In this document: piece after piece, positions 40,057 to 49,970 of the stretch
How positions within the stretch are numbered: the stretch's first letter is position 1
Layout: every line of letters begins with the position of its first letter
Assembly: GCA_049860595.1 (NCBI GenBank)
Contig: CP187551.1
Direction: 5' to 3' (one strand)
DNA length: 64,000 bases
Source: Methanocaldococcus sp. 16A
GTDB lineage: Archaea; AGJL01; Methanococci; Methanococcales; Methanocaldococcaceae
The notes under the pieces: generated by a model
Databases searched by the model: none
What the model was told of the DNA's origin: nothing
What the model saw: only the letters and a program-made list of their open reading frames with translations
Program-made: the position numbers and the translations under genes

Positions 40057-41295
40057 ATGGAAGTTATCTTAACACCAAAAGATACTCCAGATATTCCAAT
40101 AGAAGCAGAGGTTATAAATCCAGATATATTTGCCAATAAAAGTAAGGAAGAGATTGAATCTCTCTTAGTTTGGCAAGGTCCTAATACATATCCAATCTCA
40201 GAGTTCTTTGATGTTGAGATAAGTCCAAATAACCCAAAAGATGTAACAATCATTATTGAAGGAGATGTTGAGAGAGTTAAATACATTGGTTCAAAAATGA
40301 GTTCTGGAAAAATTATAATAAATGGAAATGTCGGAATTCAACTTGGTTCAGAAATGAAAGGTGGGGAGATTGTTGTTAATGGAAATGCTAAACATTGGGT
40401 TGGTAGAGAGATGAAAGGGGGAGTAATAAAGATTAACGGAAACGCTGGAGATTACGTAGGCTCTGCCTATAGAGGTAGTTGGCATGGAATGAAGGGAGGG
40501 AAAATTATTATTGAAGGAGACGCTGGAAACAACGTTGGAGCGGCAATAACAGGCGGAGAGATTATTATAAAAGGAAATGTTAAGCAATTTTGTGGAATTA
40601 GACAAAATGGTGGATCTATCTATATTGGAGGAAATGCTGAGAGAGCTGTTGGAGTAGAGATGACAAAGGGAACAATAGTTGTCTGTGGAAGAATAAGGTT
40701 CTTCGCTCCAGGATTTGAGTTTGATGGAATAGAGAAGGACCTAAACATAAATGATATGCCAATTTATGGAGAATATCTCAAATTTATTGGAGATTATGTT
40801 ATAAGCAGAAAACCTAAAGGAGTTTTGTATGCTTTAAAAGAGAAAAACCTTGGACTTATAGAGCCAGAACTTTATGAATGCTATGAAAATTACAGATACG
40901 ATGGAGGAATTAAAGCTCTTCTAAACACTGGAAGTACTGTTGTTCAAGGAGAAATCATCAAAGGAGGAAAGAAATTTACTGAAAAATACGTTAAGGAATG
41001 TGCCGTCTGTTATATTCATCCAAATGACTATGAATATCTTGGAAAACCAGAGTATGTAAATGTAATCAGTGAGGATAAGAAAGCAAGTATAGCTCTGAGA
41101 GCAATTCCTGATAGCTCATTACAAGAAGGAACTATATTTATTCCAAGGTCTATTTGGGCTAATGTTGTTATTCTCTCCTATACAGAATCCATGGGTTCTC
41201 CACTCTATAAGGGGTGTTATGTCTATGTTGAGCCAGTTAAAGGAAAAGCTGAGATATTAACTGCTGAAGAGATTATGAAAAAGATATATGGGTGA
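40057..41295 (+). CDS. fmdC: Formylmethanofuran dehydrogenase subunit C fused to a C-terminal D-like domain
   Basis: G..M.GG.I.I.G beta-helix repeats, then LNTGSTVVQG...IFIPRSIWAN...PLYKG (FwdD fold). Confidence 0.9.
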   Translation: MEVILTPKDTPDIPIEAEVINPDIFANKSKEEIESLLVWQGPNTYPISEFFDVEISPNNPKDVTIIIEGDVERVKYIGSKMSSGKIIINGNVGIQLGSEMKGGEIVVNGNAKHWVGREMKGGVIKINGNAGDYVGSAYRGSWHGMKGGKIIIEGDAGNNVGAAITGGEIIIKGNVKQFCGIRQNGGSIYIGGNAERAVGVEMTKGTIVVCGRIRFFAPGFEFDGIEKDLNINDMPIYGEYLKFIGDYVISRKPKGVLYALKEKNLGLIEPELYECYENYRYDGGIKALLNTGSTVVQGEIIKGGKKFTEKYVKECAVCYIHPNDYEYLGKPEYVNVISEDKKASIALRAIPDSSLQEGTIFIPRSIWANVVILSYTESMGSPLYKGCYVYVEPVKGKAEILTAEEIMKKIYG

Positions 41296-41300
41296 AATTT

Positions 41301-42632
41301 ATGGCTATGAAGGTTTTTAGGGGTATAACTTGTCCTGTCTGTGGAATGGCGTGTGACGATATAGAAGTCTGGTATGATGAAGAAAAGCAGGAAATAATTG
41401 TAAAAAATGTTTGTAGAGAGGGAGCTCCAAAGTTTAAAGAGATTGTTAGTCCACATAGAATAAGAGAACCAATGATTAAAAAGAATGGAAAGTTCGTTAA
41501 AGTTAGTTGGGAAGAGGCAATAAATAAAGCTGCAGAAATTTTAGCTAATGCTAAGAGACCTCTCCTCTTTATGGGAGCTGAAACGTCAGCTGAAGCACAT
41601 ATAGTCGGAATGCACATGGCTGAATACTTAGGGGGAGTTGTTGATTCAAACTCAACAATATGACACGGTCCTACTTTAATGGGGGTTCAAGAGGCTGGAC
41701 TTCCTGGCTGTACTGCTGGTGAAGTAAAAAATAGAGCTGATTTAATCATATTCTGGGGCTGTAATCCAATGCACTCCCACCCAAGACATATGAGTAGATA
41801 TTCAGTATTTGCAAGAGGGTTCTTTAGAGAAAGAGGCAGAAAAGATAGAAAAATAGTTGTTGTCGACCCAAGAAAAACAGATACTGCAAAGTTAGCAGAT
41901 TTACATGTTCAGTTAAAGCCTAACACAGACTATGAGATGTTCTCTGCTCTCCTAACAATATTAAGGGGCAAAAAGCCACATCACAGCGTTGAGAAGATAA
42001 CTGGAGTACCAATTGAAGTTATGGAAGAGATGATTGAATGGATGAAAAATGCTAAATTCGTAAAAATTTATGGTGGTTTAGGATTACCAGCATCAAGAGG
42101 GGGGCATAGAAATATAGAATGTGTCTTAACTTTAGTTAAAGAGTTAAATAAATATACAAAATGTTCCATTGGAGCTTTAAGAGGACACTGTAATGTTAAT
42201 GGATTCAACCAAGTTGCCTCATATATGTATGGTTATCCTTATGGAATAGACTTTGCAAGAGGTTATCCAAGATACAATCCTGGAGAATTTACATTTGCAG
42301 ACCTATTGAGAGAAAGAGAAATTGACGCTGTGTTAGTAGTAGCCGCTGGTATCGTTGAGCATACACCAAAAGACTGTGCAAAGTATTTGAATGAGATTCC
42401 GATGGTTTGTATAGATATAGCTCCCGGACCTACACCTTATGCTTCAGATGTTGTATTGCCTGGAGTTATTGATGGAATGGAATGTGGAGCAACATTCTAT
42501 AGGTTTGACGGATTAACTTTGTATGCAAAGCCTTTCACAACCTCACCATTTCCATTTACTAAGAGTAATGAAGACACTTTAAGACAAATATTTGAAAAGG
42601 TTAAAGAAATCAAAGAAGGTAAGAAAAAATAA
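41301..42632 (+). CDS. fmdB: Formylmethanofuran dehydrogenase catalytic subunit B, selenoprotein (UGA at 41661-41663 = Sec121)
   Basis: Two track ORFs are in one frame joined by NSTI-TGA-HGP at the conserved C/U-HGP metal ligand; N-terminal CPVCGMACDD; SECIS downstream. Confidence 0.92.
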
Positions 42633-42685
42633 TAAGAAAAATAAAAATTCAGCCAGGAAGTCCAGCCCACCAAAAAATGTTTGTG

Positions 42686-42721
42686 ATGATACGCCGAACC
42701 CGTTAAAGGGAGGCGTATCAT
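42686..42721 (+). ncRNA. Archaeal SECIS element in the 3' UTR of fmdB
   Basis: ATGATACGCC-GAA-CCC-GTTAAA-GGG-A-GGCGTATCAT: 10-bp stem, GAA/A internal loop, 3 G-C pairs. Confidence 0.9.
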
Positions 42722-42815
42722 AGCTCTTATTATTTTTATTTTTTTACAACATTTAGTAACTAATTTTGATTGATTTATTGAATAAAAATTAATTTAATAT
42801 AATTACGGTGATACT

Positions 42816-43947
42816 ATGATTTCAGTTAAAGAGGCAGAGAAGATTTTAGAGAAATTCAGATTTAACAAAACCGAATATATTAAAATAGAGGAAGCTTATG
42901 GAAGGGTTTTAGCTGAAGATGTTATAAGTGATACAGATATTCCAAGATTTGACAGAAGTGATATTGACGGCTATGCAGTAACAGAAATTTTAGATGAGTA
43001 TGTTTTAATTGAAGAAGTTTTTGCTGGAGATGATAAAGATTTAGTGATAGAGGGAAACGAATGTGTTTTAGTAGCAACAGGAGGGAAAGTTCCAAAAAAT
43101 ACAAAGTATGTTATACCAGTCGAAAATACAGTAAGAGTTAGAAATAAAGTAGTAGTTATTAGTTTTGATAGAATTGAAGGAATTTCAAAAAAGGGTTGTG
43201 ATATAAAAAAAAGGAGAGATAATTTTAAAGAAAGGCACTTTAATAAATGAGAGAAATATTGGAGTTTTGGCAGGATTGGGCATTGAAGAGATAAAAGTTT
43301 ATAAAATCCCAAAAGTAGGAATTATATCAACCGGTAATGAATTATTTAAGATGACTAAAGATATAAATTCAAAAACAATATCATCCATTGTAAAAAAAGC
43401 AGGTTGTGAGCCAATATTTTTAGGAATTGCAAAAGATGACTTTAATGAAATAAAAGAGAAAATAATTAACGCATCAGAAAAATGTGATATTGTTGTAACC
43501 TCTGGTGGAGTTTCTGTTGGAAAAAAGGATTTCCTACCGAGGGTTGTTGATGAATTGGGTGAGATTTTATTCCATAAGGTTAAGATGAGACCCGGCATGC
43601 CTATGCTATTTGGAAAAGTAAATGATAAACCTATTTTTTGCATGCCAGGGAATGTAGTTTCATGTTTAGTTTGCAGTTATATGTTTTTGCTTCCTTTTTT
43701 AATGAAAATGACACACAAACCATATAGAAAGAGAATTATTAAAGCAGAGTTATCAGAAAAAATTGTATCAGAACCAGATTTTTTATATTTAAGACCTGTG
43801 AAATTAAAAAATGGAATAGCCTATCCAATATTTAAAGGTTCTAATATACTAACTTCAATATTAGATGCCGATGGATTAGTCATAATAAAAGAAAATGAAT
43901 TAGAAAAGAACGAAGGAGAGATAATTGATGTTTGGCTGTTTGACTAA
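42816..43947 (+). pseudogene. moeA: Molybdopterin molybdotransferase MoeA, frameshifted at A8 run 43205-43212
   Basis: N-half GRVLAED, PRFDRSDIDGYAV, ATGG; C-half ISTGNEL, TSGGVSVG, RPGMP, MPGN; deleting one A gives a continuous DIKKGEIILKKGT...GVLAGLG. Confidence 0.85.
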
Positions 43948-43976
43948 TTTATTGCTTTTTTAAATTTGGTGAAAGA

Positions 43977-44741
43977 ATGATAATAGAAAAAATAAAAGAA
44001 AGAGCTTTAAATCTATTAAATGAAAAGGAAGATAAATTTAAAATATTAGATTTTTCTTTTGCTTTACCTTATAGTTATGTGTTAATTGAAAGCAATGGTA
44101 AAAAAGCTTTAGGCGTGGCAATGACATTATTGGAAGAGTATAGAGGGCATAAAAAGGATATAAATATATACAAAAATTTAGAAGATTTTATAAACATGGT
44201 AGATAGTTTTGATATTGTTGAAAGAACATTAGGATTAGCTGCAATAAATGCAGTATCTCAATATTATTTAAACTTTGAGGCAAATTGTAGAGATGCCACT
44301 GAGTTAGTTTTGAATAGGAATGATATTAAAAAAATTGCTTTTATTGGAAATATGATGCCAGTTGTTAATATGCTAAAAAAATCAGGAAAATTTGATATAT
44401 ATGTTTTTGAAAGAAATCCTTCTTTGTTATGTGAAGATGTTTTAAGTGATAGTTTTGAATATAGGTTATTACCAGAGATGGACGCAGTATTTATAAGCGG
44501 AACATCATTATTAAACGATACATTAGATTTTGTTTTAGATAGGGCTAAAAATGCCAAACTAAAGATTTTAGTAGGTCCTACTGCTCAGTCTCTACCAGAT
44601 TTATTTAAAGGGTTTGGTATAACTCATATAGCATCAACAAAGATTGTAAATGTTGATAAAGCACTCCTATATTTAAAATTTGCATCCTCTTCAATGCTAT
44701 TCAAAGAAGCTTCAAAGAAATATACCATTGAAGTTAAATAA
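43977..44741 (+). CDS. DUF364/DUF4213 Rossmann-like putative metal-binding protein
   Basis: LGLAAINA, AFIGNM, VFERN, ISGTSLLNDT, LVGPT. Confidence 0.8.
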   Translation: MIIEKIKERALNLLNEKEDKFKILDFSFALPYSYVLIESNGKKALGVAMTLLEEYRGHKKDINIYKNLEDFINMVDSFDIVERTLGLAAINAVSQYYLNFEANCRDATELVLNRNDIKKIAFIGNMMPVVNMLKKSGKFDIYVFERNPSLLCEDVLSDSFEYRLLPEMDAVFISGTSLLNDTLDFVLDRAKNAKLKILVGPTAQSLPDLFKGFGITHIASTKIVNVDKALLYLKFASSSMLFKEASKKYTIEVK

Positions 44742-44746
44742 AAATT

Positions 44747-44815
44747 AATTCCTCTCAGATACCCCGAAAGGGTTCATCATATTAATCAGCTTTTATTGCT
44801 CATCATCGAGGAATT
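44747..44815 (-). ncRNA. Box C/D guide sRNA
   Basis: Minus strand AATTCCTC-G-ATGATGA(C)-GCAATAAAAG-CTGA(D')-TTAAT-ATGATGA(C')-ACCCTTTCGGGGTAT-CTGA(D)-GAGGAATT with terminal stem. Confidence 0.9.
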
Positions 44816-44941
44816 AAAAATTATTCCTAAATCCTACAACTATACATAAATAAAATTTTTATAAACTTTTTTATATCACTTAGAATCTAAAAGTATATCC
44901 ACACTTATTCTTATAAAGACATTGATATCTATGGTGAAAGT

Positions 44942-46216
44942 ATGGGAATGACAATTGCAGAAAAGATATTAGCAAAAGCTTCTGGAAAGAAAGAGGTTAG
45001 CCCAGGAGATATTGTAATGGCAAACATTGATGTGGCAATGGTTCATGATATTACAGGACCTTTAACAGTCAATACATTAAAAGAGTATGGAATTGAGAAA
45101 GTTTGGAATCCTGAAAAAATTGTTATCTTATTTGACCACCAAGTTCCTGCTGATAGTATAAAAGCAGCTGAAAACCATATATTAATGAGAAAATTTGTTA
45201 AAGAACAGGGTATTAAATACTTCTATGATATTAGAGAAGGAGTTTGTCATCAAGTATTGCCAGAAAAAGGACATATAGCCCCTGGAGAGGTTGTTGTTGG
45301 TGCTGATAGCCATACATGCACACATGGAGCTTTAGGAGCATTTTCTACTGGAATAGGCTCAACAGACATGGCTCACGTATTTGCAACTGGTAAATTATGG
45401 TTTAAAGTTCCTGAAACTATTTACTTCAACATTACAGGAGATTTACAACCTTACGTTACTTCAAAGGATGTTATTTTATCAATTATAGGAGAAGTTGGTG
45501 TTGATGGAGCTACATATAAAGCGTGCCAATTTGGAGGAGAAACCGTTAAAAAAATGAGTATTGCTTCAAGAATGACTATGACAAACATGGCTATTGAGAT
45601 GGGAGGAAAAACTGGAATTATTGAACCAGATGAAAAAACAATACAATATGTAAAAGAGGCTATGAAAAAACATGGAACTGAAAGACCATTTGAAGTAATA
45701 AAAGGAGATGAAGATGCTGAATTTGCTGAAGTTTATGAAATTGAAGCTGATAAAATAGAGCCTGTTTTTGCTTGCCCACACAATGTAGATAATGTTAAAC
45801 AGGCAAGGGAAGTTGCAGGAAAACCAATAGACCAAGTATTCATAGGAAGCTGTACAAACGGAAGATTAGAAGATTTAAGAATGGCTATAGAAATCATTGA
45901 GAAACATGGTGGAATAGCAGATAATGTTAGAGTTGTTGTAACTCCAGCTTCAAGAGAAGAGTATTTAAAAGCTTTAAAAGAAGGAATAATTGAGAAATTC
46001 TTAAAGTATGGATGTGTTGTTACAAACCCTTCATGCTCTGCTTGTATGGGTTCATTGTATGGAGTTCTTGGAAAAGGAGAAGTTTGTGTCTCAACATCAA
46101 ACAGAAACTTCAGAGGAAGACAAGGTTCATTAGAGGCAGAGATTTACTTAGCATCACCAATAACAGCTGCTGCATGTGCTGTTAAAGGAGAACTCGTAGA
46201 CCCAAGAGATTTATAA
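44942..46216 (+). CDS. leuC: 3-isopropylmalate/citramalate dehydratase large subunit
   Basis: [33 protein letters not shown]. Confidence 0.9.
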   Translation: MGMTIAEKILAKASGKKEVSPGDIVMANIDVAMVHDITGPLTVNTLKEYGIEKVWNPEKIVILFDHQVPADSIKAAENHILMRKFVKEQGIKYFYDIREGVCHQVLPEKGHIAPGEVVVGADSHTCTHGALGAFSTGIGSTDMAHVFATGKLWFKVPETIYFNITGDLQPYVTSKDVILSIIGEVGVDGATYKACQFGGETVKKMSIASRMTMTNMAIEMGGKTGIIEPDEKTIQYVKEAMKKHGTERPFEVIKGDEDAEFAEVYEIEADKIEPVFACPHNVDNVKQAREVAGKPIDQVFIGSCTNGRLEDLRMAIEIIEKHGGIADNVRVVVTPASREEYLKALKEGIIEKFLKYGCVVTNPSCSACMGSLYGVLGKGEVCVSTSNRNFRGRQGSLEAEIYLASPITAAACAVKGELVDPRDL

Positions 46217-46388
46217 TTCTTATAAATTTTATTTTGATTTTTTCTCTTTTTAACATTTTTATGCTCAAAATATTATTTAAAAGAATTTTTTTCTTTTTTA
46301 AAGCTTTGATTTAGTTTATAATTAACAATAAAATTTATAAAATATAACAAGAAAAATTTAAATTAATATTAAAATTTATGGTGAAATA

Positions 46389-46856
46389 ATGAAAAAGACA
46401 AAGGTTATAGTTTTAGCTGAAAACTCCCTAACTACTCCAGGTAAATTAGTTAGGTATTTAAATTCATTAAATCTACCTATTGTTGTAAAAGAAACTTGTT
46501 TTGGTGCATATATTGAAGGAGAAGAAGAGTTAGTAGATAAGTTAGCTCAAGAGATTAGAAATTATGAAAAGAATAGGATATTTTGTAAAGATAGGGGCTA
46601 TCCAATTTGGGATAAGAGAAGGTGTAGAGCATTTAGAGGAGGAGGGCCAAGAGAAGGTTTTCACCAATTAGAGGCTGAACAAGCGGTTTTAGACAAAATT
46701 GGTTTAGCATTAGATAAACTTGAAAAAGAAGGACTAAAACCAATGGAAGAAGTTTTAGCTAAAGAAAATGAACTGATAAAGAAAGAGAAAAAAATATCTG
46801 TAGAAGAGTTTAAAAACATAGTTAAAAAGGTATTAGGGAGCAAAAATGAGGCATAA
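46389..46856 (+). CDS. Methanogenesis marker protein 6 (DUF2102-like)
   Basis: VKETCFG, KDRGYP..D.RRCRA.RGGGPREGFHQLE. Confidence 0.8.
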   Translation: MKKTKVIVLAENSLTTPGKLVRYLNSLNLPIVVKETCFGAYIEGEEELVDKLAQEIRNYEKNRIFCKDRGYPIWDKRRCRAFRGGGPREGFHQLEAEQAVLDKIGLALDKLEKEGLKPMEEVLAKENELIKKEKKISVEEFKNIVKKVLGSKNEA

Positions 46857-47247
46857 ATATAGAAAAGGAAGCACTTTTGAGAGAGAATTAAAAAAACTTT
46901 TAGAAAAGGAGGGATTTGCAGTAATTAGAAGTGCTGGAAGTAAGGGAGTTGATTTAATAGCTGGAAGAAATGGAGAGATTTTAATATTTGAGTGTAAATC
47001 ATCATCAAAAAGTAAATTTTATGTAAACAGAGAAGATGTTGAAAAACTCATTAACTTCTCTAAAACATTCGGAGGAAAACCATATTTAGCAATAAAATTT
47101 AACGGAGAGATGTTATTTATAAATCCCCACCTTTTATCAACTAATGGAAAAAACTATGTAATTGATGAGAAGATAAAAGTTATTGCTATTGATTTTTATG
47201 AAGTAGTTGGTAAAGGAAAGCAGTTAAAAATAGATGATATGATTTAA
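46846..47247 (+). CDS. hjc: Holliday junction resolvase Hjc
   Basis: [27 protein letters not shown]. Confidence 0.92.
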   Translation: MRHKYRKGSTFERELKKLLEKEGFAVIRSAGSKGVDLIAGRNGEILIFECKSSSKSKFYVNREDVEKLINFSKTFGGKPYLAIKFNGEMLFINPHLLSTNGKNYVIDEKIKVIAIDFYEVVGKGKQLKIDDMI

Positions 47248-47669
47248 TCTAATTTTAGATTTTCGCTTATAATTTTTGTTATTATAACGCTTAACAAAGC
47301 AATTTTCTTTGGTTTTACTACAACTGATATATGCCTATCATTTTTATGAAATCCAACGAGAATTGAAGCTACTCTATTTTCATCTGCTGGCAAAACACCT
47401 ATTGAAACCCTTCCATCAACACCAAAAACTGTTCCAATATCATGAATGTGATAAACTTTAATATTATCTTTTTTAAAGTCCTTGTTTATTTTTTCTGCTA
47501 CTACTGCACTCTGTTCCATTAAAATTTTTAATAAAGCGGCTGATTCAAAATTCATTCTTATACTTTCCTCTACATCCTTAGATTTCATTTTAAATATTAA
47601 CTGTTTTCCATCACACTCTACACCTAACTTCTTGTATGGTAAATCAACTACATACACAGTTCTCACCAA
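47244..47669 (-). CDS. Hypothetical protein
   Basis: 141-aa ORF convergent with hjc; no motif recognised. Confidence 0.55.
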   Translation of the reverse strand: MVRTVYVVDLPYKKLGVECDGKQLIFKMKSKDVEESIRMNFESAALLKILMEQSAVVAEKINKDFKKDNIKVYHIHDIGTVFGVDGRVSIGVLPADENRVASILVGFHKNDRHISVVVKPKKIALLSVIITKIISENLKLD

Positions 47670-47733
47670 AGTTCATTGAGACAACCTTGAGATAAAATTA
47701 TTTTTGTTATGTTGGATATATAAAAGATACGGT

Positions 47734-47828
47734 TATAGTTTTTTGCAAAACTTTTTAGAATAAATAAGGCACATAATGGACACTTTAAATCTTCATTTTG
47801 GTTTTAACAAATTTTACTAAAAACTATA
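47734..47828 (+). repeat. Palindromic MITE-like repeat, family B (TIR TATAGTTT..TGCAAAA)
   Basis: tatagttttttgcaaaa...ttttactaaaaactata; first ~36 bp align to the reverse complement of 49830-49936; abuts selB stop. Confidence 0.7.
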
Positions 47829-49226
47829 TTACCCCCATTTTCTAACTCTTTTCAATATCACTCTTTCTCCCCCACTAATATCCCCATCAAATTCAGCAAT
47901 TAAAGCTCCCTTAGTCCCAAATGTTCCTTTTATAATTCCCCACACATCCTTATCCGGAACATAAACTTTTTCTCCAATAAGTTTTTCTCCAGATGATTTA
48001 GATGTAGCCAATCCTTCAATATAGATTTTATCTTTTTTCTTAACAATTTTTCCTTCTCTAACAACTATCTTTTTAACTTCTACATCTTCAAATCCTACAA
48101 CCTCTCCAAAACCACAAATTCTCAAAGTTGTTGGAGGCAAGTCCAATCTCATTATCAAAACTTTATCTCCTTCCTCAACAACAACCTTCTCTTCTAATTT
48201 AAAGATACAGTAGCAAGAATCTCCTCCTGTAATTTCTTCTAAAATTATTGGCTCTTCTTTATCGTTAATTTTCTCTATTTTATATGGGATTATCGTAGCT
48301 GGAACTGTTAAAAGCCCAATATTTATATGAACCTTCATCTTTGGAGTCAAATTGTATTTAAATAAATTAAGAATCTTTATCTTTGCTATAAACTTATCTA
48401 CAACCTTTAATTTTGTATCTTCTGAAGTTAAGATACAACCCCTAAACAAACTATCTGGCTCAATTCCCATTAAAGCCATTCCTACCCTATCTCCAGCATA
48501 AGCTTTCTCAACATCTTGTTTAAAGCACTGTATGCTTTTAACTTTAACCTCATGGTTTATTGGTAGAATTCTTAGAGTATCTCCAACCTCTACTTTCCCT
48601 TTATGAATTGTTCCGGTTATAACAGTCCCAACCCCTTTTATTTTAAATGCATGGTCAATAGGCATTTTTAAATAGCTATTTATCTCTCTTTCAATATTTA
48701 AGCTATCTAATAAATTTTTAAGCTCTTTCTTTAATTCTTCTATTCCCTCTCCAGTTTTTGCTGAGATTTTAACAATTTTGGAGTTCTTTAAATTCATAGT
48801 TGAGCTTAATATTTGTTTCATAAACATTTCAGTTCTTTTAATTTCCTCATCACTTGCAATATCTATCTTATTTATAACAACAATTGTTGGGATGTTTAAT
48901 AAGTCCAAAACCAATAAATGCTCTCCAGTTTGAGTTTTTGGTCCTTCTTTAGCATCTACAACTAATAAAGCAGCATCTATTATATTCCCTGCCCCAATAG
49001 CAGTTCTTATCAACTCAGAATGTCCAGGGGCATCAACTAAGGTAATTCTATATCTATCTAAAATAAAAGAAGAAAAGCCTAAATCAATAGTTATCCCTCT
49101 TTTTTGAGATTCTTTTGGTTTGTCTAATGCAGATGTTGAGACAATCTCTGTTAGTTGTTTTGCTAATTGTGTTTTTCCATGGTCAATATGTCCAAACAAT
49201 CCAACATTTACATTTTTCATTTCCAT
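47829..49226 (-). CDS. selB: Selenocysteine-specific elongation factor aSelB
   Basis: GHIDHGKT, RGITIDLGF, DAPGH, NKID, LRICGFG, C-terminal GTFG.KG domain. Confidence 0.93.
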   Translation of the reverse strand: MEMKNVNVGLFGHIDHGKTQLAKQLTEIVSTSALDKPKESQKRGITIDLGFSSFILDRYRITLVDAPGHSELIRTAIGAGNIIDAALLVVDAKEGPKTQTGEHLLVLDLLNIPTIVVINKIDIASDEEIKRTEMFMKQILSSTMNLKNSKIVKISAKTGEGIEELKKELKNLLDSLNIEREINSYLKMPIDHAFKIKGVGTVITGTIHKGKVEVGDTLRILPINHEVKVKSIQCFKQDVEKAYAGDRVGMALMGIEPDSLFRGCILTSEDTKLKVVDKFIAKIKILNLFKYNLTPKMKVHINIGLLTVPATIIPYKIEKINDKEEPIILEEITGGDSCYCIFKLEEKVVVEEGDKVLIMRLDLPPTTLRICGFGEVVGFEDVEVKKIVVREGKIVKKKDKIYIEGLATSKSSGEKLIGEKVYVPDKDVWGIIKGTFGTKGALIAEFDGDISGGERVILKRVRKWG

Positions 49227-49241
49227 AAAACTCCACCTAAA

Positions 49242-49646
49242 CTATTTTTGTTTTTTAGCTCTCAATCTTTCTCTTCTAATTATATACCATCTTTTTGGAT
49301 TTTTTATTTTTAAAAATTTGATTTTTGCTTTTCTTATTGTTCCAGAAACTCCTAAGCAAATAATATTTATTGGCTTCTCTTTAAATTCCCTAACCAAAAT
49401 TAAAGAGCTTTTTACATAATCAACATTCTCTCTCTGACATCTCAAAATTCCATAGGGAAAATCATAATAAACAAGCCATGGATTTGCCTTAGATGTTCCC
49501 CAAGAGCCGTAATATTCCAAAACAGCTTTTCTAATTAAATTAACAACCTCTCCCTCTTTTAACTCTTCATCATACAATATTTTAAAGGCAATATATCTCT
49601 TTTTCTCTCTTAAAGTTGGTGGTAAGGTTTTAAGCATTTCTATCAC
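49242..49646 (-). CDS. rnp2: RNase P protein component 2 (Pop5)
   Basis: LPPTLREKKRYIAF, GILRC, GVSGTIRK. Confidence 0.92.
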   Translation of the reverse strand: MIEMLKTLPPTLREKKRYIAFKILYDEELKEGEVVNLIRKAVLEYYGSWGTSKANPWLVYYDFPYGILRCQRENVDYVKSSLILVREFKEKPINIICLGVSGTIRKAKIKFLKIKNPKRWYIIRRERLRAKKQK

Positions 49647-49720
49647 TCAATAAATAGTAATTGTATTTAGAAATTTTAAAATTTTATAATTATACATATT
49701 TTTAACAAAAGTTTTTATAA

Positions 49721-49811
49721 TAGGACTTTCGCAGGACTAAATATCACTATGAAAGTTTATGCTCTTTGAGCATATAAATTCTAATAGTATATATAAAATG
49801 CGAAAGTCCTA
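49721..49811 (+). repeat. Family A repeat
   Basis: TAGGACTTTCGCA/TGCGAAAGTCCTA; internal hairpin TATGCTC-TTT-GAGCATA. Confidence 0.88.
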
Positions 49812-49829
49812 ATTATTTAAGTTTTATTA

Positions 49830-49936
49830 TAGTTTTGTACAAAATAAACAAAACCTTATAAGGAAAATTTGATGCCATTCTTTTGAAAGGCATTCATTAA
49901 TGCCTTATTCATTATAAACACTTTTGCACTAAACTA
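49830..49936 (-). repeat. Family B repeat
   Basis: tagttttgtacaaaa...ttttgcactaaacta; internal hairpin ATGCC.TTC-TTTT-GAA.GGCAT. Confidence 0.75.
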
Positions 49937-49970
49937 ATAAATATTCTAAAAATTTAACTGAGGGATATTT

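Noticed and set aside
41292-41663. Stand-alone 123-aa ORF, or a nonsense-mutated fmdB pseudogene
   Set aside because: The TGA sits at the conserved metal ligand, the frame continues and a SECIS follows, so Sec recoding fits better
42648-42685. GC-rich patch CAGCCAGGAAGTCCAGCCCACC between the fmdB stop and the SECIS
   Set aside because: No convincing stem or second GAA/A motif could be built
42497-42721. 74-aa minus-strand ORF
   Set aside because: Antisense to the fmdB end and the SECIS; no protein features
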